Counted from the stretch's first letter, positions 20,132 through 28,783 are shown. The stretch is 64,000 nt of DNA from Candidatus Krumholzibacteriia bacterium (GCA_963836185.1 CAWIIQ010000001.1:896001-960000); one strand, 5' to 3'. Numbers and translations: made by a program. Notes: generated by a model from the letters alone, not told the origin.

Positions 20132-20680
20132 TTACGAGTTAATGGTTTTTTTGATACCGGTGGTAAGCTCGGCTATGTAGGGGAGGTTACGGTACCGTTC
20201 CAGATAATCGAGTCCGTAACCCACTACGAAAACGTCAGGTATGGTGAATCCGATGTAGTCCACCTCTATGTTCACCTCACGTGCGTCGGGCTTGTCGAGC
20301 AGGGTGCAGATCCTGTGGCTGCGGGCGTTGTGGTCCTTCAGGGTCCTTATCAGACGGGAGAGGGTATGGCCGGTATCGACGATCTCGTCGATTATTATGA
20401 TATCGCGGTCCTCGATGAGGCTGCGGATATGGTTGATCACTCCGACGTCGGCGCTGCGCTTCATTCCGTTCTGGTAGCTGAAAAGAGTGATGAAATCGAT
20501 CTCGTGCGGTATGGAGAGATTGCGGGTCAGGTCGGCGGCGAAGATGAAAGCGCCCTTCAGGAGAACGATGAACAGCGGGCTTGAATCAGCGTAGTCGGCG
20601 GAGATGCGTTCTGCCATCTCACATACGCGGCGCTTGATATCTTCGGCTTCGATGAGCGTTTTGAATCCATGCTGTTCCAT
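20132..20680 (-). CDS. hpt: Hypoxanthine phosphoribosyltransferase
   Basis: LLKGAFIF, IIDEIVDTGHTL, FVVGYGLDY; tilS-hpt-ftsH synteny. Confidence 0.93.
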   Translation of the reverse strand: MEQHGFKTLIEAEDIKRRVCEMAERISADYADSSPLFIVLLKGAFIFAADLTRNLSIPHEIDFITLFSYQNGMKRSADVGVINHIRSLIEDRDIIIIDEIVDTGHTLSRLIRTLKDHNARSHRICTLLDKPDAREVNIEVDYIGFTIPDVFVVGYGLDYLERYRNLPYIAELTTGIKKTINS

Positions 20681-20766
20681 CGCATCCCGTCTTCCGTAAA
20701 GGTCATCCAGACAATACTAGCACAACCGGCGGGATTTGACATTTAAATTCAGAGGAAAGAGACGGA

Positions 20767-22134
20767 TCATTCCGTTTCAGTGATGCGGATCGCCGTGATC
20801 TTCCTGCTCGCGCCCGTGATCCGTGTTCTCTCTGCGGTTACAAGGTCGGGGACCCAGATGATCCCGCCTCTGTCCTCGAAGACGGGGATGGCACCGCGGC
20901 TGCGAAGGGGGATCTTCGCGTCGATCATGATGTCGCTGAGCTTTTTTGTCCCTTTCATGCCGAACGGGATGAGCCTGTCGCCATCCTGTCTCGGCCTGAC
21001 CCGTACGGGAAATGAAACGCCGGCCAGCGCCGCGCTCTTTCCTGACGACTGGTACGGAGGCCTGTCCTGCCTCGCGGCCGTATTCACCGAGACCGTCATC
21101 TGCCAGCCCGGCAGTTCGAAATCTCCGTCGCCGGGAAGAAGGATGCCGTCCGGCGGGAGTATGGGGCCGCGGCCCTCGATGGATCGTTCGAAACGGACCG
21201 TGCCGTGCTCGATGGTCACCTCGATCCCATGGGGGAGGGAAGTCCTCTTGCCCGACCGTCCCGACCTGATCAGACTGGCTACAGCTTCGTAGTGCGTCCT
21301 GCCGATGTCACGATATACTCCGAGCCTTTCCCTGAGGATCGCGTCGACTAGAAGATATAGCCTGTAGTCGGAGAGATCGCCGGCCATGCGTGTATCGAGT
21401 GTGACGCTTCCATCATCGGCCGTGACCGGCAGTATCCTGCCGATCCCCTCGCTGAGGGCGGCGAGTCCATCGCGCGCGCTGCCCGCGAGCCTGATGACAG
21501 CATCGTCCACGGCAGGATTGAAGTCTCTTCTCAGCGCCGGCAGCAGACTGTGCCTGATCCTGTTACGGAGAAAGGTGATGTCTCTGTTTGAAGGGTCGAC
21601 GGCGTAGCCGATGCCGCGAGCCCTGCAGTGCTCCTTCAGCTCCCTGCCCGTGCAGCACATCACCGGCCTGATAAACGTTCCCCGCCGCACCGGCATCCCG
21701 GCGAGACCGCGGATCCCGGTCCCCCTGATGAGATGGTGCAGCACCGTTTCGACCTGGTCGTCGCTGTTGTGTCCCAGCGCGACGATGCCGAACTTCTCGA
21801 GAAATCCGTATCTTGCTTCCCTGGCCGCTTCTTCCAGCCCGATCCTGCCCTTTTTCGCCAGGGCCGGGACGTTCGCCTCTCCGGTAAACAGGGGTATTCC
21901 AAGGCGCCCGCACCATCTTTCGACGATACGCCGCTCCCGCTGCGTCCCTTTCCTGATCTGATGGTCGAGGTATGCGGCAGACAGGGTATATCCCATACCG
22001 GAGGAGAGACCGTGAAGGATCGAGAGCATCGCCATCGAATCAGGCCCGCCCGAGACCGCGGCCGTGACCCTGTCGCCGCGGTTTATGAGCCCGTTTTCGA
22101 TGATCCAGTCTCTGACACTGTCTGTGCAGTCCAT
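20767..22134 (-). CDS. tilS: tRNA(Ile)-lysidine synthetase
   Basis: AVSGGPDS, EEAAREARY, GHNSDDQVET, DPSN, RNRIR; C-terminal TilS domain. Confidence 0.95.
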   Translation of the reverse strand: MDCTDSVRDWIIENGLINRGDRVTAAVSGGPDSMAMLSILHGLSSGMGYTLSAAYLDHQIRKGTQRERRIVERWCGRLGIPLFTGEANVPALAKKGRIGLEEAAREARYGFLEKFGIVALGHNSDDQVETVLHHLIRGTGIRGLAGMPVRRGTFIRPVMCCTGRELKEHCRARGIGYAVDPSNRDITFLRNRIRHSLLPALRRDFNPAVDDAVIRLAGSARDGLAALSEGIGRILPVTADDGSVTLDTRMAGDLSDYRLYLLVDAILRERLGVYRDIGRTHYEAVASLIRSGRSGKRTSLPHGIEVTIEHGTVRFERSIEGRGPILPPDGILLPGDGDFELPGWQMTVSVNTAARQDRPPYQSSGKSAALAGVSFPVRVRPRQDGDRLIPFGMKGTKKLSDIMIDAKIPLRSRGAIPVFEDRGGIIWVPDLVTAERTRITGASRKITAIRITETE

Positions 22135-22168
22135 GGGATTTCCGCTGATGATAGATTCCGGATAGAAC

Positions 22169-22245
22169 TGGTGGCGGTGCAGGGACTTGAACCCCGGACA
22201 CGCGGATTATGATTCCGCTGCTCTAACCAACTGAGCTACACCGCC
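22169..22245 (-). tRNA. tRNA with CAT anticodon (most likely elongator tRNA-Met)
   Basis: GGCGGTGTAGCTCAGTTGGTTAGAGCAGCGGAATCATAATCCGCGTGTCCGGGGTTCAAGTCCCTGCACCGCCACCA; G1:C72 is paired, so not an initiator tRNA. Confidence 0.93.
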
Positions 22246-22429
22246 ACGCACCAGTGAATAGTATAAAAAAGTACCGCCATGTCAAGCGAAAAGCAGAGAG
22301 ATGACGGCGAAACATGCTGAAATACTGGCAGTTCCGGGATTGCGGAACCTGCTGCTCAACCCTTATATTACTTGCCCGGCCGATGCCCGTTTGCTATAGA
22401 TACTTCGTGCAACCGGAAGGAAAACGGAA

Positions 22430-23440
22430 GTGAAGGTGCTGACCGAAAAGGATGTTCCCCAGGGGACTCTCGATAACCGCAGGATCATCATTCTCGGCTA
22501 TGGTAACCAGGGCAGGCCGCAGGCGCTCAACCTGCGCGACAGCGGGGCGGATGTCGCCGTCGCGGCGAGGCCCGGCGGTACGGCCTGGAAAACGGCCGTG
22601 GAGGACGGATTCGAGGTAATGGAGGTCAGCAAGGGTGTGGCACAGGCGGATATCCTGATGTGCCTTCTCCCCGACGAGGTGCAGGGAGATGTATATATAG
22701 AGGATATAGCGCCCGCACTGTCCGAAGGTTCGGCCATCTGTTTCGCGCACGGCTTTGCCGTCACGTTCGGGCAGATAGCCCCGGGCAGTTTCGATCTTGT
22801 ACTTGTAGCGCCCAAGGGGCAGGGGAAAGCCCTGCGTTCGGCATATCTCGAAGGGTCCGGGCTGCCGTGTCTTTTTGCTGTCGAGCATGATCATTCGGGC
22901 AGCGCCCGTGAAATCGCCCTCGGCCTCGCAAAGGGGCTCGGCTGCCTGAGAGTAGGCGCCTTCGAGACGACTTTCCGCGAGGAAGCGCTCAGCGATCTGT
23001 TCGGCGAGCAGGCGATCCTTGTAGGCGGGGTGCCGGCGCTGATCAAGGAGGCCTTCGACATCCTTGTCGAAAAGGGTTTCAGCCCTGAGGTCGCCTACTT
23101 CGAGTGCATGCACGAATTGAAGATCATAGTAGACCTCTTTACAGTGCACGGCATAGCGGGGATGAGAGAAGTAATCAGCGGGACAGCCGCTTACGGGGGC
23201 CTGAAGTACGGCGAGAAACTGGTCACGAAAGAGACCGCCGCCGAGATGCGAAGGATGTTCGACAGGATAGAGAGTGGAGAGTTTGCCCGTGTGTGGCTGG
23301 AGGAGACAGCCGGAGGGAAAAAGGAACTTTCCGATATGATCGAAAAGGAAAAGGACCTTGATATAGAGAAGGCCGGCAGCGAAGTAAGGAAGCTCTTCGC
23401 CCGGCGGTTGAACGACAAGAAAGACGGAGGCTCGAGATGA
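22430..23440 (+). CDS. ilvC: Ketol-acid reductoisomerase
   Basis: GYGNQG, ALNLRDSG, FAHGF, VAPKG, DLFGEQ, AYFEC.HE. Confidence 0.93.
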   Translation: MKVLTEKDVPQGTLDNRRIIILGYGNQGRPQALNLRDSGADVAVAARPGGTAWKTAVEDGFEVMEVSKGVAQADILMCLLPDEVQGDVYIEDIAPALSEGSAICFAHGFAVTFGQIAPGSFDLVLVAPKGQGKALRSAYLEGSGLPCLFAVEHDHSGSAREIALGLAKGLGCLRVGAFETTFREEALSDLFGEQAILVGGVPALIKEAFDILVEKGFSPEVAYFECMHELKIIVDLFTVHGIAGMREVISGTAAYGGLKYGEKLVTKETAAEMRRMFDRIESGEFARVWLEETAGGKKELSDMIEKEKDLDIEKAGSEVRKLFARRLNDKKDGGSR

Positions 23441-24390
23441 GACTCGTATGGAGAACGACAGCTGTCATATCTCTCGTAGCGGCAATGGCCCTGGCGGCAG
23501 GCTGCGGAGGTGAGAAGAAGCAGGATTCAGCGATGGATGACGAGAGTTTCAGGGTGCCTGATTCCCTTCTCTCGCCGATCGAGGCGTACAACCTCGTCAT
23601 CGATGAATATCACCCGGTCGATGGCGGCCGGATGGCCAACGCCGATCTGGAGGTGCAGTACCCTTCGCAGGAGGTAGCCCGGTTCATAGCTGTCAGGACT
23701 TTCGGAGAGATCCTGGACGGGTACAGGGAGGTAGCAACGAGCATAGGCCGGCCAGCCGTCGGCAGGGTCGTCATAATCGGTGCGAAGGACCTCCCCGAAT
23801 ATGCTGTCATAACCCGCAAGGAATGGTGGTACTACGCCTGGATCAAGGGAGATACGATTTACAGCGAGCCGTTCAACATAATGCTCAAGCGCTTCGATCC
23901 GGTCACTGAGAAGTCGATCGCGCGGATAGGATTGACACAGAGGATGGCGCAGATGGCGCTCGAAGGGATCTCCGGGGGGAAGGTCCCAGTATGGATGAAG
24001 GAGGCCGCCGCTTCCTACGTGGCGGACGAGCGTCCCATACTGCGTATGCAGGTGCATCAGTTCGCATCCGCACTGGAGGTCTTTGCTCCTACCATCGATG
24101 AGCTGGAGATGTACATCCAGTCGGGAGATGACATGGAGATGTCGAGGCTCTCTTACTTCTATGCTTACAGGATGCTCGAGATCCTGCTGGAGAAGTACGA
24201 ATTCTCGAATGTGACAGGGTTTGCCCGCCGTCTCGGCGAAGGTGCCTCTCTCGACGAGGCCGCCAGGCAGGAATTCGGGATGAGTTACGGAGAACTTTTA
24301 TCAGCCGTGATGCCGTCCAATATGATGGATGGAGCCGGCCCGCTGCCTGAGCCGGTTAGGAAGGACGGTACGCACGACCATGACCACTGA
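23437..24390 (+). CDS. Hypothetical lipoprotein, peptidase MA-like but without HExxH
   Basis: Lipobox LAAGC; VPVWMKEAAASYVA resembles the P.W..EG.A motif. Confidence 0.65.
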   Translation: MRLVWRTTAVISLVAAMALAAGCGGEKKQDSAMDDESFRVPDSLLSPIEAYNLVIDEYHPVDGGRMANADLEVQYPSQEVARFIAVRTFGEILDGYREVATSIGRPAVGRVVIIGAKDLPEYAVITRKEWWYYAWIKGDTIYSEPFNIMLKRFDPVTEKSIARIGLTQRMAQMALEGISGGKVPVWMKEAAASYVADERPILRMQVHQFASALEVFAPTIDELEMYIQSGDDMEMSRLSYFYAYRMLEILLEKYEFSNVTGFARRLGEGASLDEAARQEFGMSYGELLSAVMPSNMMDGAGPLPEPVRKDGTHDHDH

Positions 24391-25939
24391 CAGCAGTGAA
24401 AACACCATCAGGGTGAGGTTCGCTCCGAGCCCGACCGGCCATCTTCATGTCGGCGGGGCGAGGACGGCTCTTTACAACTGGCTGTACGCGAGAAAGACGG
24501 GCGGTGTCTTCGTACTCAGGATAGAGGATACGGACGCCCAGCGTTCGACACGCGAGTCGTATGAAGGGATACTCAGGGGGATGCGATGGCTCGGCCTCGA
24601 CTGGGACGAAGGGCCCGACGTCGGCGGCGATTACGGGCCGTACGTGCAGTCGGCCAGGGGCGTGCTGTACCACACCGACGCGGCCAGGCTGATAGACGGG
24701 GGCAAGGCATATCACTGCTTCTGCACTCCGGAGAGGCTCGAGGATCTCAAGCTCGAGCAGAAGGAGAAGAAGCTCCCCATAAAGTATGACGGGTTCTGCC
24801 GTTCGCTGTCTGTCGAGGATGCGGATGAGAAGATCAAGGCTGGTGAACCGCACGTTCTGCGCTTCAGGATGCCCGTAGAGGGCGAGGCGAGGTTCAGGGA
24901 TATAGTAAGGGGCGATTTCAGTACCCCCAATACCGAGCTCGATGATTTCGTGCTTATCAAGTCCGACGGGCTTCCAACCTACAATTTCGCCGTCGTCGTC
25001 GATGACGCGAGGATGAAGATAAGCCATGTGATCAGGGGAGACGATCACATCTCCAATACGCCCCGGCAGGTCCATATCTACCTCGCGCTGGGTTACAAGG
25101 TGCCGAAGTTCGCCCACCTGCCCATGATACTTGGGGGAGACAGGACGAGGCTGAGCAAGAGGCACGGAGCGGTATCTGTCGACTGGTACGCCGACCAGCA
25201 GTATCTGCCGGATGCGATGGTAAACTATCTGGCCCTGCTCGGATGGTCATTCGATGACCGCCAGGAGCTCTTCTCCCGAAAGGCCCTGACGGAGAAGTTT
25301 TCGCTCAAGAAGGTGTCGAAGAATCCGGCGATGTTCGACAACGACAAGATGGAATATATCAACGCTGAGCATTTCAAGAAGATGTCGCCGGCGCAGAAGG
25401 TCATGCATGTCTATCATGTCCTGAAGGACGAGGGATATATCCCGGGTGATTTTCATGTCGACCTGGAGAAACCGGTCGACCTGAAGCTCGTTCCCGGCAC
25501 CGAGCCGCTGACCGGTAACGGCGAAAAGACGGAGAGGGACGAACTGGGACGTCTCTTTCTCATAGTCTCCGCGCTGGGGAACAGGCTGAAACTCCTCAAG
25601 GACGCCCCGGGCCACATAGGGTATTTCTACAAGGACGACTACGAGGTTGATGGGAACGCCGTCGAGACGCATCTCGCGCGCAAGGAGGTGCCCGAGCGCC
25701 TTGAGAGACTTGCCGACGCTCTCGGCAAGCTGAATTATTTTGACAAGGAGAGAGTGGAGGAGGCTGTCAGGACCCTGGCCGACGAGATGGGGATCGAGGC
25801 GGGAGAGCTGATCCATCCGAGCAGGGTCGCCCTTACCGGCGGCACCGTTTCTCCCGATATTTTCCAGGTCATAGTCCTTCTCGGTAAGGGAAAGACGGTC
25901 GAGCGACTCAGAAAAGGCGCCGGAATTGCGAAACGTTGA
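24380..25939 (+). CDS. gltX: Glutamate--tRNA ligase
   Basis: RFAPSPTGHLHVGG, LRIEDTD, RGDDH, RLSKR. Confidence 0.96.
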   Translation: MTTDSSENTIRVRFAPSPTGHLHVGGARTALYNWLYARKTGGVFVLRIEDTDAQRSTRESYEGILRGMRWLGLDWDEGPDVGGDYGPYVQSARGVLYHTDAARLIDGGKAYHCFCTPERLEDLKLEQKEKKLPIKYDGFCRSLSVEDADEKIKAGEPHVLRFRMPVEGEARFRDIVRGDFSTPNTELDDFVLIKSDGLPTYNFAVVVDDARMKISHVIRGDDHISNTPRQVHIYLALGYKVPKFAHLPMILGGDRTRLSKRHGAVSVDWYADQQYLPDAMVNYLALLGWSFDDRQELFSRKALTEKFSLKKVSKNPAMFDNDKMEYINAEHFKKMSPAQKVMHVYHVLKDEGYIPGDFHVDLEKPVDLKLVPGTEPLTGNGEKTERDELGRLFLIVSALGNRLKLLKDAPGHIGYFYKDDYEVDGNAVETHLARKEVPERLERLADALGKLNYFDKERVEEAVRTLADEMGIEAGELIHPSRVALTGGTVSPDIFQVIVLLGKGKTVERLRKGAGIAKR

Positions 25940-26000
25940 TTTTTTTTGACAAAGGATATTGCGCAGGCGCAACAAATATTGTAACTTGTCTTGTACTTTC

Positions 26001-26074
26001 TGGAGAGTCGTCCAACGGTAGGACAGCTGACTCTGGATCAGCCGATGGGGGTTCGAGTCCTCCCTCTCCAGCCA
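26001..26074 (+). tRNA. tRNA-Gln(CTG)
   Basis: Cloverleaf; GCTGA-CT CTG GA-TCAGC anticodon arm; U1:A72; 3' CCA. Confidence 0.95.
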
Positions 26075-26085
26075 TTTTTTATCAA

Positions 26086-26160
26086 GGCCCCTTAGTCTAG
26101 TGGTCAGGACGCATGGTTCTCAGCCATGAATCAGGGGTTCGACTCCCCTAGGGGCTACCA
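26086..26160 (+). tRNA. tRNA-Glu(CTC)
   Basis: Cloverleaf; CATGG-TT CTC AG-CCATG anticodon arm; 3' CCA. Confidence 0.95.
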
Positions 26161-26165
26161 GATAG

Positions 26166-26201
26166 AAGAACCGGCCGCCGTAATGGCAGCCGGTTCTTTT
26201 T
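26166..26201. terminator. Probable bidirectional intrinsic terminator
   Basis: AAGAACCGGC...GCCGGTTCTT inverted repeat followed by a T-run, lying between convergent units. Confidence 0.7.
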
Positions 26202-26219
26202 CTGTCAGCAAGTCCCTCA

Positions 26220-26236
26220 AGCGGCGGACCGCCGCT
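26220..26236 (-). promoter_or_regulatory. Candidate SECIS hairpin for the FmdB-like gene
   Basis: AGCGGCG-GTC-CGCCGCT, starting at +16 after the UGA. Confidence 0.6.
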
Positions 26237-26425
26237 CTATCTGAAGGGGTTTCAGCCGAAACCACCCGACGGGGCGCATCCCGAAGCGGAGCTGGCGAAG
26301 ATAGAGAATTCCCTCTCTACGTCGTCGCTTTCGCAGTCGGGGCAGGAGACTCTCTCCGTGGAGTTCATCACGAGCTCCTCGAAGCGCTTCCCGCACGTCT
26401 CGCATCTGTATTCGTACAGCGGCAT
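26237..26425 (-). CDS. FmdB-family zinc-ribbon protein, candidate selenoprotein (57 aa to UGA at 26254-26252; 62 aa with Sec)
   Basis: MPLYEYRCETCGKRFEELVMNSTERVSCPDCESDDVEREFSIFASSASGCAPSGGFG-UGA-NPFR-TAG; GAAGGAG RBS; absent from the ORF track. Confidence 0.85.
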
Positions 26426-26593
26426 CTATTCTCCTTCGGTTTTCTTTTCTTCCTTCTTTTCTTTATCTTCATACCGGTCCCCGGTATCGCACGTTCCGCT
26501 CATTCAGGTGGGAACGCCCATGCGGGGCAGCACTATCCTCATTATCACGATCCATATCGCAAGAAACAATAAAAGCTGCAGGATCTCACCCAT
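26426..26593 (-). CDS. Small single-TM membrane protein, candidate selenoprotein (UxxxxC)
   Basis: MGEILQLLLFLAIWIVIMRIVLPRMGVPT-UGA-MSGTCDTGDRYEDKEKKEEKKTEGE-TAG; the read-through ORF exactly fills the gap between DUF302 and the next ATG. Confidence 0.75.
26471..26487 (-). promoter_or_regulatory. Candidate SECIS hairpin for the small membrane protein gene
   Basis: ATACCGG-GGA-CCGGTAT, starting at +17 after the in-frame UGA (26506-26504). Confidence 0.6.
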
Positions 26594-26596
26594 TCA

Positions 26597-26983
26597 CTAC
26601 ACTCCCTCTATTACATCGGCCAGCTTGTCGCGGACAATCGCTCCGACCCCCGCGAGGGCCTCGTTTCCTACCACGCTCATCGCGGACATCGGATCTATAG
26701 CGGATACCTCGACGCTTCCATCGTCGGTCTCGCGGACGATGACGTTGCATGGAAGCATAAGGCCCACTCTGTCCTCGGCCTTGAGCGTCTCGTACGCGAG
26801 CGGAGGATTACAGGCTCCGAGTATCCTGTACTGCGTAAACTCGACATCGAGCTTTTTCTTGAGCACCGCTTTGACATCTATGTCGGTCAGTACGCCGAAT
26901 CCCTGCTTCCCGAGCTCCTCGATAGTCTTCGAGACCGCTTCGTCAAAACCCAGTCCGACTCTCTTCGATATATGATAACTCAT
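26597..26983 (-). CDS. DUF302 domain protein
   Basis: GFGVLTDIDV, YRILGACNPPLA, GLMLPCNVIV. Confidence 0.92.
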   Translation of the reverse strand: MSYHISKRVGLGFDEAVSKTIEELGKQGFGVLTDIDVKAVLKKKLDVEFTQYRILGACNPPLAYETLKAEDRVGLMLPCNVIVRETDDGSVEVSAIDPMSAMSVVGNEALAGVGAIVRDKLADVIEGV

Positions 26984-27396
26984 TCCGTGTCGCCTCCGGC
27001 CAGCGGCTGATCGGCAGGGGATATACCGGGATCCCCCGCCGGTCGCCGTGGATAAAAACTGCGCAGCGCGTCCAGTCGATCTGTTGCTGTGTCTTCGATC
27101 GATCTGCAGACCATTCGGCAGATATCCTCAGGAAGGGTGCTGGTAAGGCTGTAGAAGATCTTCCTGTGGTCCCGCCGGGTACTGACCAGCTCGTGCCGTC
27201 GCAGTATACTCAGATGTTTCGAAACGCAGGCCTGGCCGTATCCTGTCTCATCGACGATGCAGGAGACGTTTTTTTCTCCGCCGCACAGGCAATGGATTAT
27301 GGCGAGCCTCGCCGGGTCCGACATAGCCCTGAGCCTGCCTGCAATCGCGTCGAAAGTGCCGTTATCGTTTTTCGCGGCCAAGTCTGCTCCTTTCAT
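26980..27396 (-). CDS. ArsR/SmtB-family transcriptional repressor, Cys-rich
   Basis: AMSDPARLAI, VSKHLSILR, IFYSL; Cys residues in HCLC and DICRMVC. Confidence 0.9.
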   Translation of the reverse strand: MKGADLAAKNDNGTFDAIAGRLRAMSDPARLAIIHCLCGGEKNVSCIVDETGYGQACVSKHLSILRRHELVSTRRDHRKIFYSLTSTLPEDICRMVCRSIEDTATDRLDALRSFYPRRPAGDPGISPADQPLAGGDTE

Positions 27397-27436
27397 ATTC
27401 TCATATATTAATATAACAATATGAAAGGTATGTCAA
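27389..27436 (-). promoter_or_regulatory. sigma70 promoter overlapped by a putative ArsR operator
   Basis: Minus-strand TTGACA (27436-27431) with an AT-rich -10; perfect 11-bp inverted repeat CCTTTCATATT (27389-27399) / AATATGAAAGG (27418-27428) around the palindrome TATATTAATATA. Confidence 0.65.
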
Positions 27437-27451
27437 GGAGTTATTTCAGGG

Positions 27452-28783
27452 TCAGATCCGGATCTTTTTCCAGCCGCCCTCGCGGAACTTCCATGCCATC
27501 ATCAGCGAGAAGACTATCATGTAGAGGTAGAGGCCGATCCAGGCAATCGTCATGTTCCCGCCGTAGTGCTCGACCGCCAGCCAGGAGAAGGGGATCATCA
27601 CCATCCATATGCAGACCATCTCGCAGATCATCACGTACATGGTGCTGCCGGCCCCCTGGAGGGTGCGCGAGAGGACGATCCCGACTCCGTCGATGAGCTG
27701 GAAGGCTCCGAGCAGCCTGAACGATGTGACTCCGAGTTCTATCGTACCCGGGGAATCCGAGAAGATACCCATGATCTGACGCGGGAAGAACATGAAGAGG
27801 GTGCCTGTTATTCCCATCAGCACCGAGCCGATAAGGGCCGATCTCCATCCGTAACGTGACGCGAGTCTCTCGTTTCCCTCGCCGAGACTCCTGCCGACCA
27901 GTGTCGCGGAGGCGACCCCGACCGCCATCCCTATCATGAACGAGAGGTTAAAGGCCTTGAATATGATATTGCTGATCGCCAGCTCCTTTACTCCGATCCT
28001 TCCGATGAAACTCAGGAAGACGAGGAACCCGACGATCGATACGCTCTGCGCCGCCCTCGGCGCCGATATGCGGACTATCGTGCGTACGATCTCAGAAGAG
28101 AGCAGGCCTGCCGCGCGGCGGACTGTTCCGCGGAGGATCAGCCGGTGGACGAGGATGAGGTAGAGGGCCAGGCCGATCACGGTAGAGATCACTGATGCAA
28201 GCGCCGCTCCCCGGACTTCCAGCCGGGGGAACCCGAGCTTGCCGAATATCAGGACCCAGTTAAGCAGTATGTTGAGCAGGTTGATGACTATCGATACGGT
28301 CATATCGATCCTCACCCGCGCGACTCCGAATACGAATCCCCTCAATGTGAATATCATGACCATCGTAAAGAGGCCGAGGAGCCTGATCTCGAGGTAAGGG
28401 ATCCCCGCGGCGACGACTTCCGCGTCGCGGGACAAAGCCGAGAATATGCGCGGCGCGAGGAAAAATCCCGCCGCTGACGCGGCGAGTCCCACGACAAGGG
28501 CGAGCAGGAGAGAATTCGCCACGATCCGGGGAAACTCCCCGGGACGGTTTTCACCGAGGCGCCTGGAGGTCAGCGCCTGCGTACCGATGTTGAGGGCCCC
28601 GAATACAAGCACCGCGACGAGTATGAAGAAAGAGCCGAGCCCCACCGATGCCAGCGCGACGTCACCCAGTCTTCCGACCATGGCCGTGTCGACGATGTTC
28701 AGAGTAGTGTGGGAGATCATGCCCGCTACGATGGGCAGGGCCAGCCGCACTATTTCCCTGTTCATATCGGATCCGGTCTTCAT
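27452..28783 (-). CDS. MATE family efflux transporter
   Basis: LALPI, DTAMVGRLG, NILLNWVLIFG..G.P.L.V.GAA, about 12 TM segments. Confidence 0.92.
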   Translation of the reverse strand: MKTGSDMNREIVRLALPIVAGMISHTTLNIVDTAMVGRLGDVALASVGLGSFFILVAVLVFGALNIGTQALTSRRLGENRPGEFPRIVANSLLLALVVGLAASAAGFFLAPRIFSALSRDAEVVAAGIPYLEIRLLGLFTMVMIFTLRGFVFGVARVRIDMTVSIVINLLNILLNWVLIFGKLGFPRLEVRGAALASVISTVIGLALYLILVHRLILRGTVRRAAGLLSSEIVRTIVRISAPRAAQSVSIVGFLVFLSFIGRIGVKELAISNIIFKAFNLSFMIGMAVGVASATLVGRSLGEGNERLASRYGWRSALIGSVLMGITGTLFMFFPRQIMGIFSDSPGTIELGVTSFRLLGAFQLIDGVGIVLSRTLQGAGSTMYVMICEMVCIWMVMIPFSWLAVEHYGGNMTIAWIGLYLYMIVFSLMMAWKFREGGWKKIRI

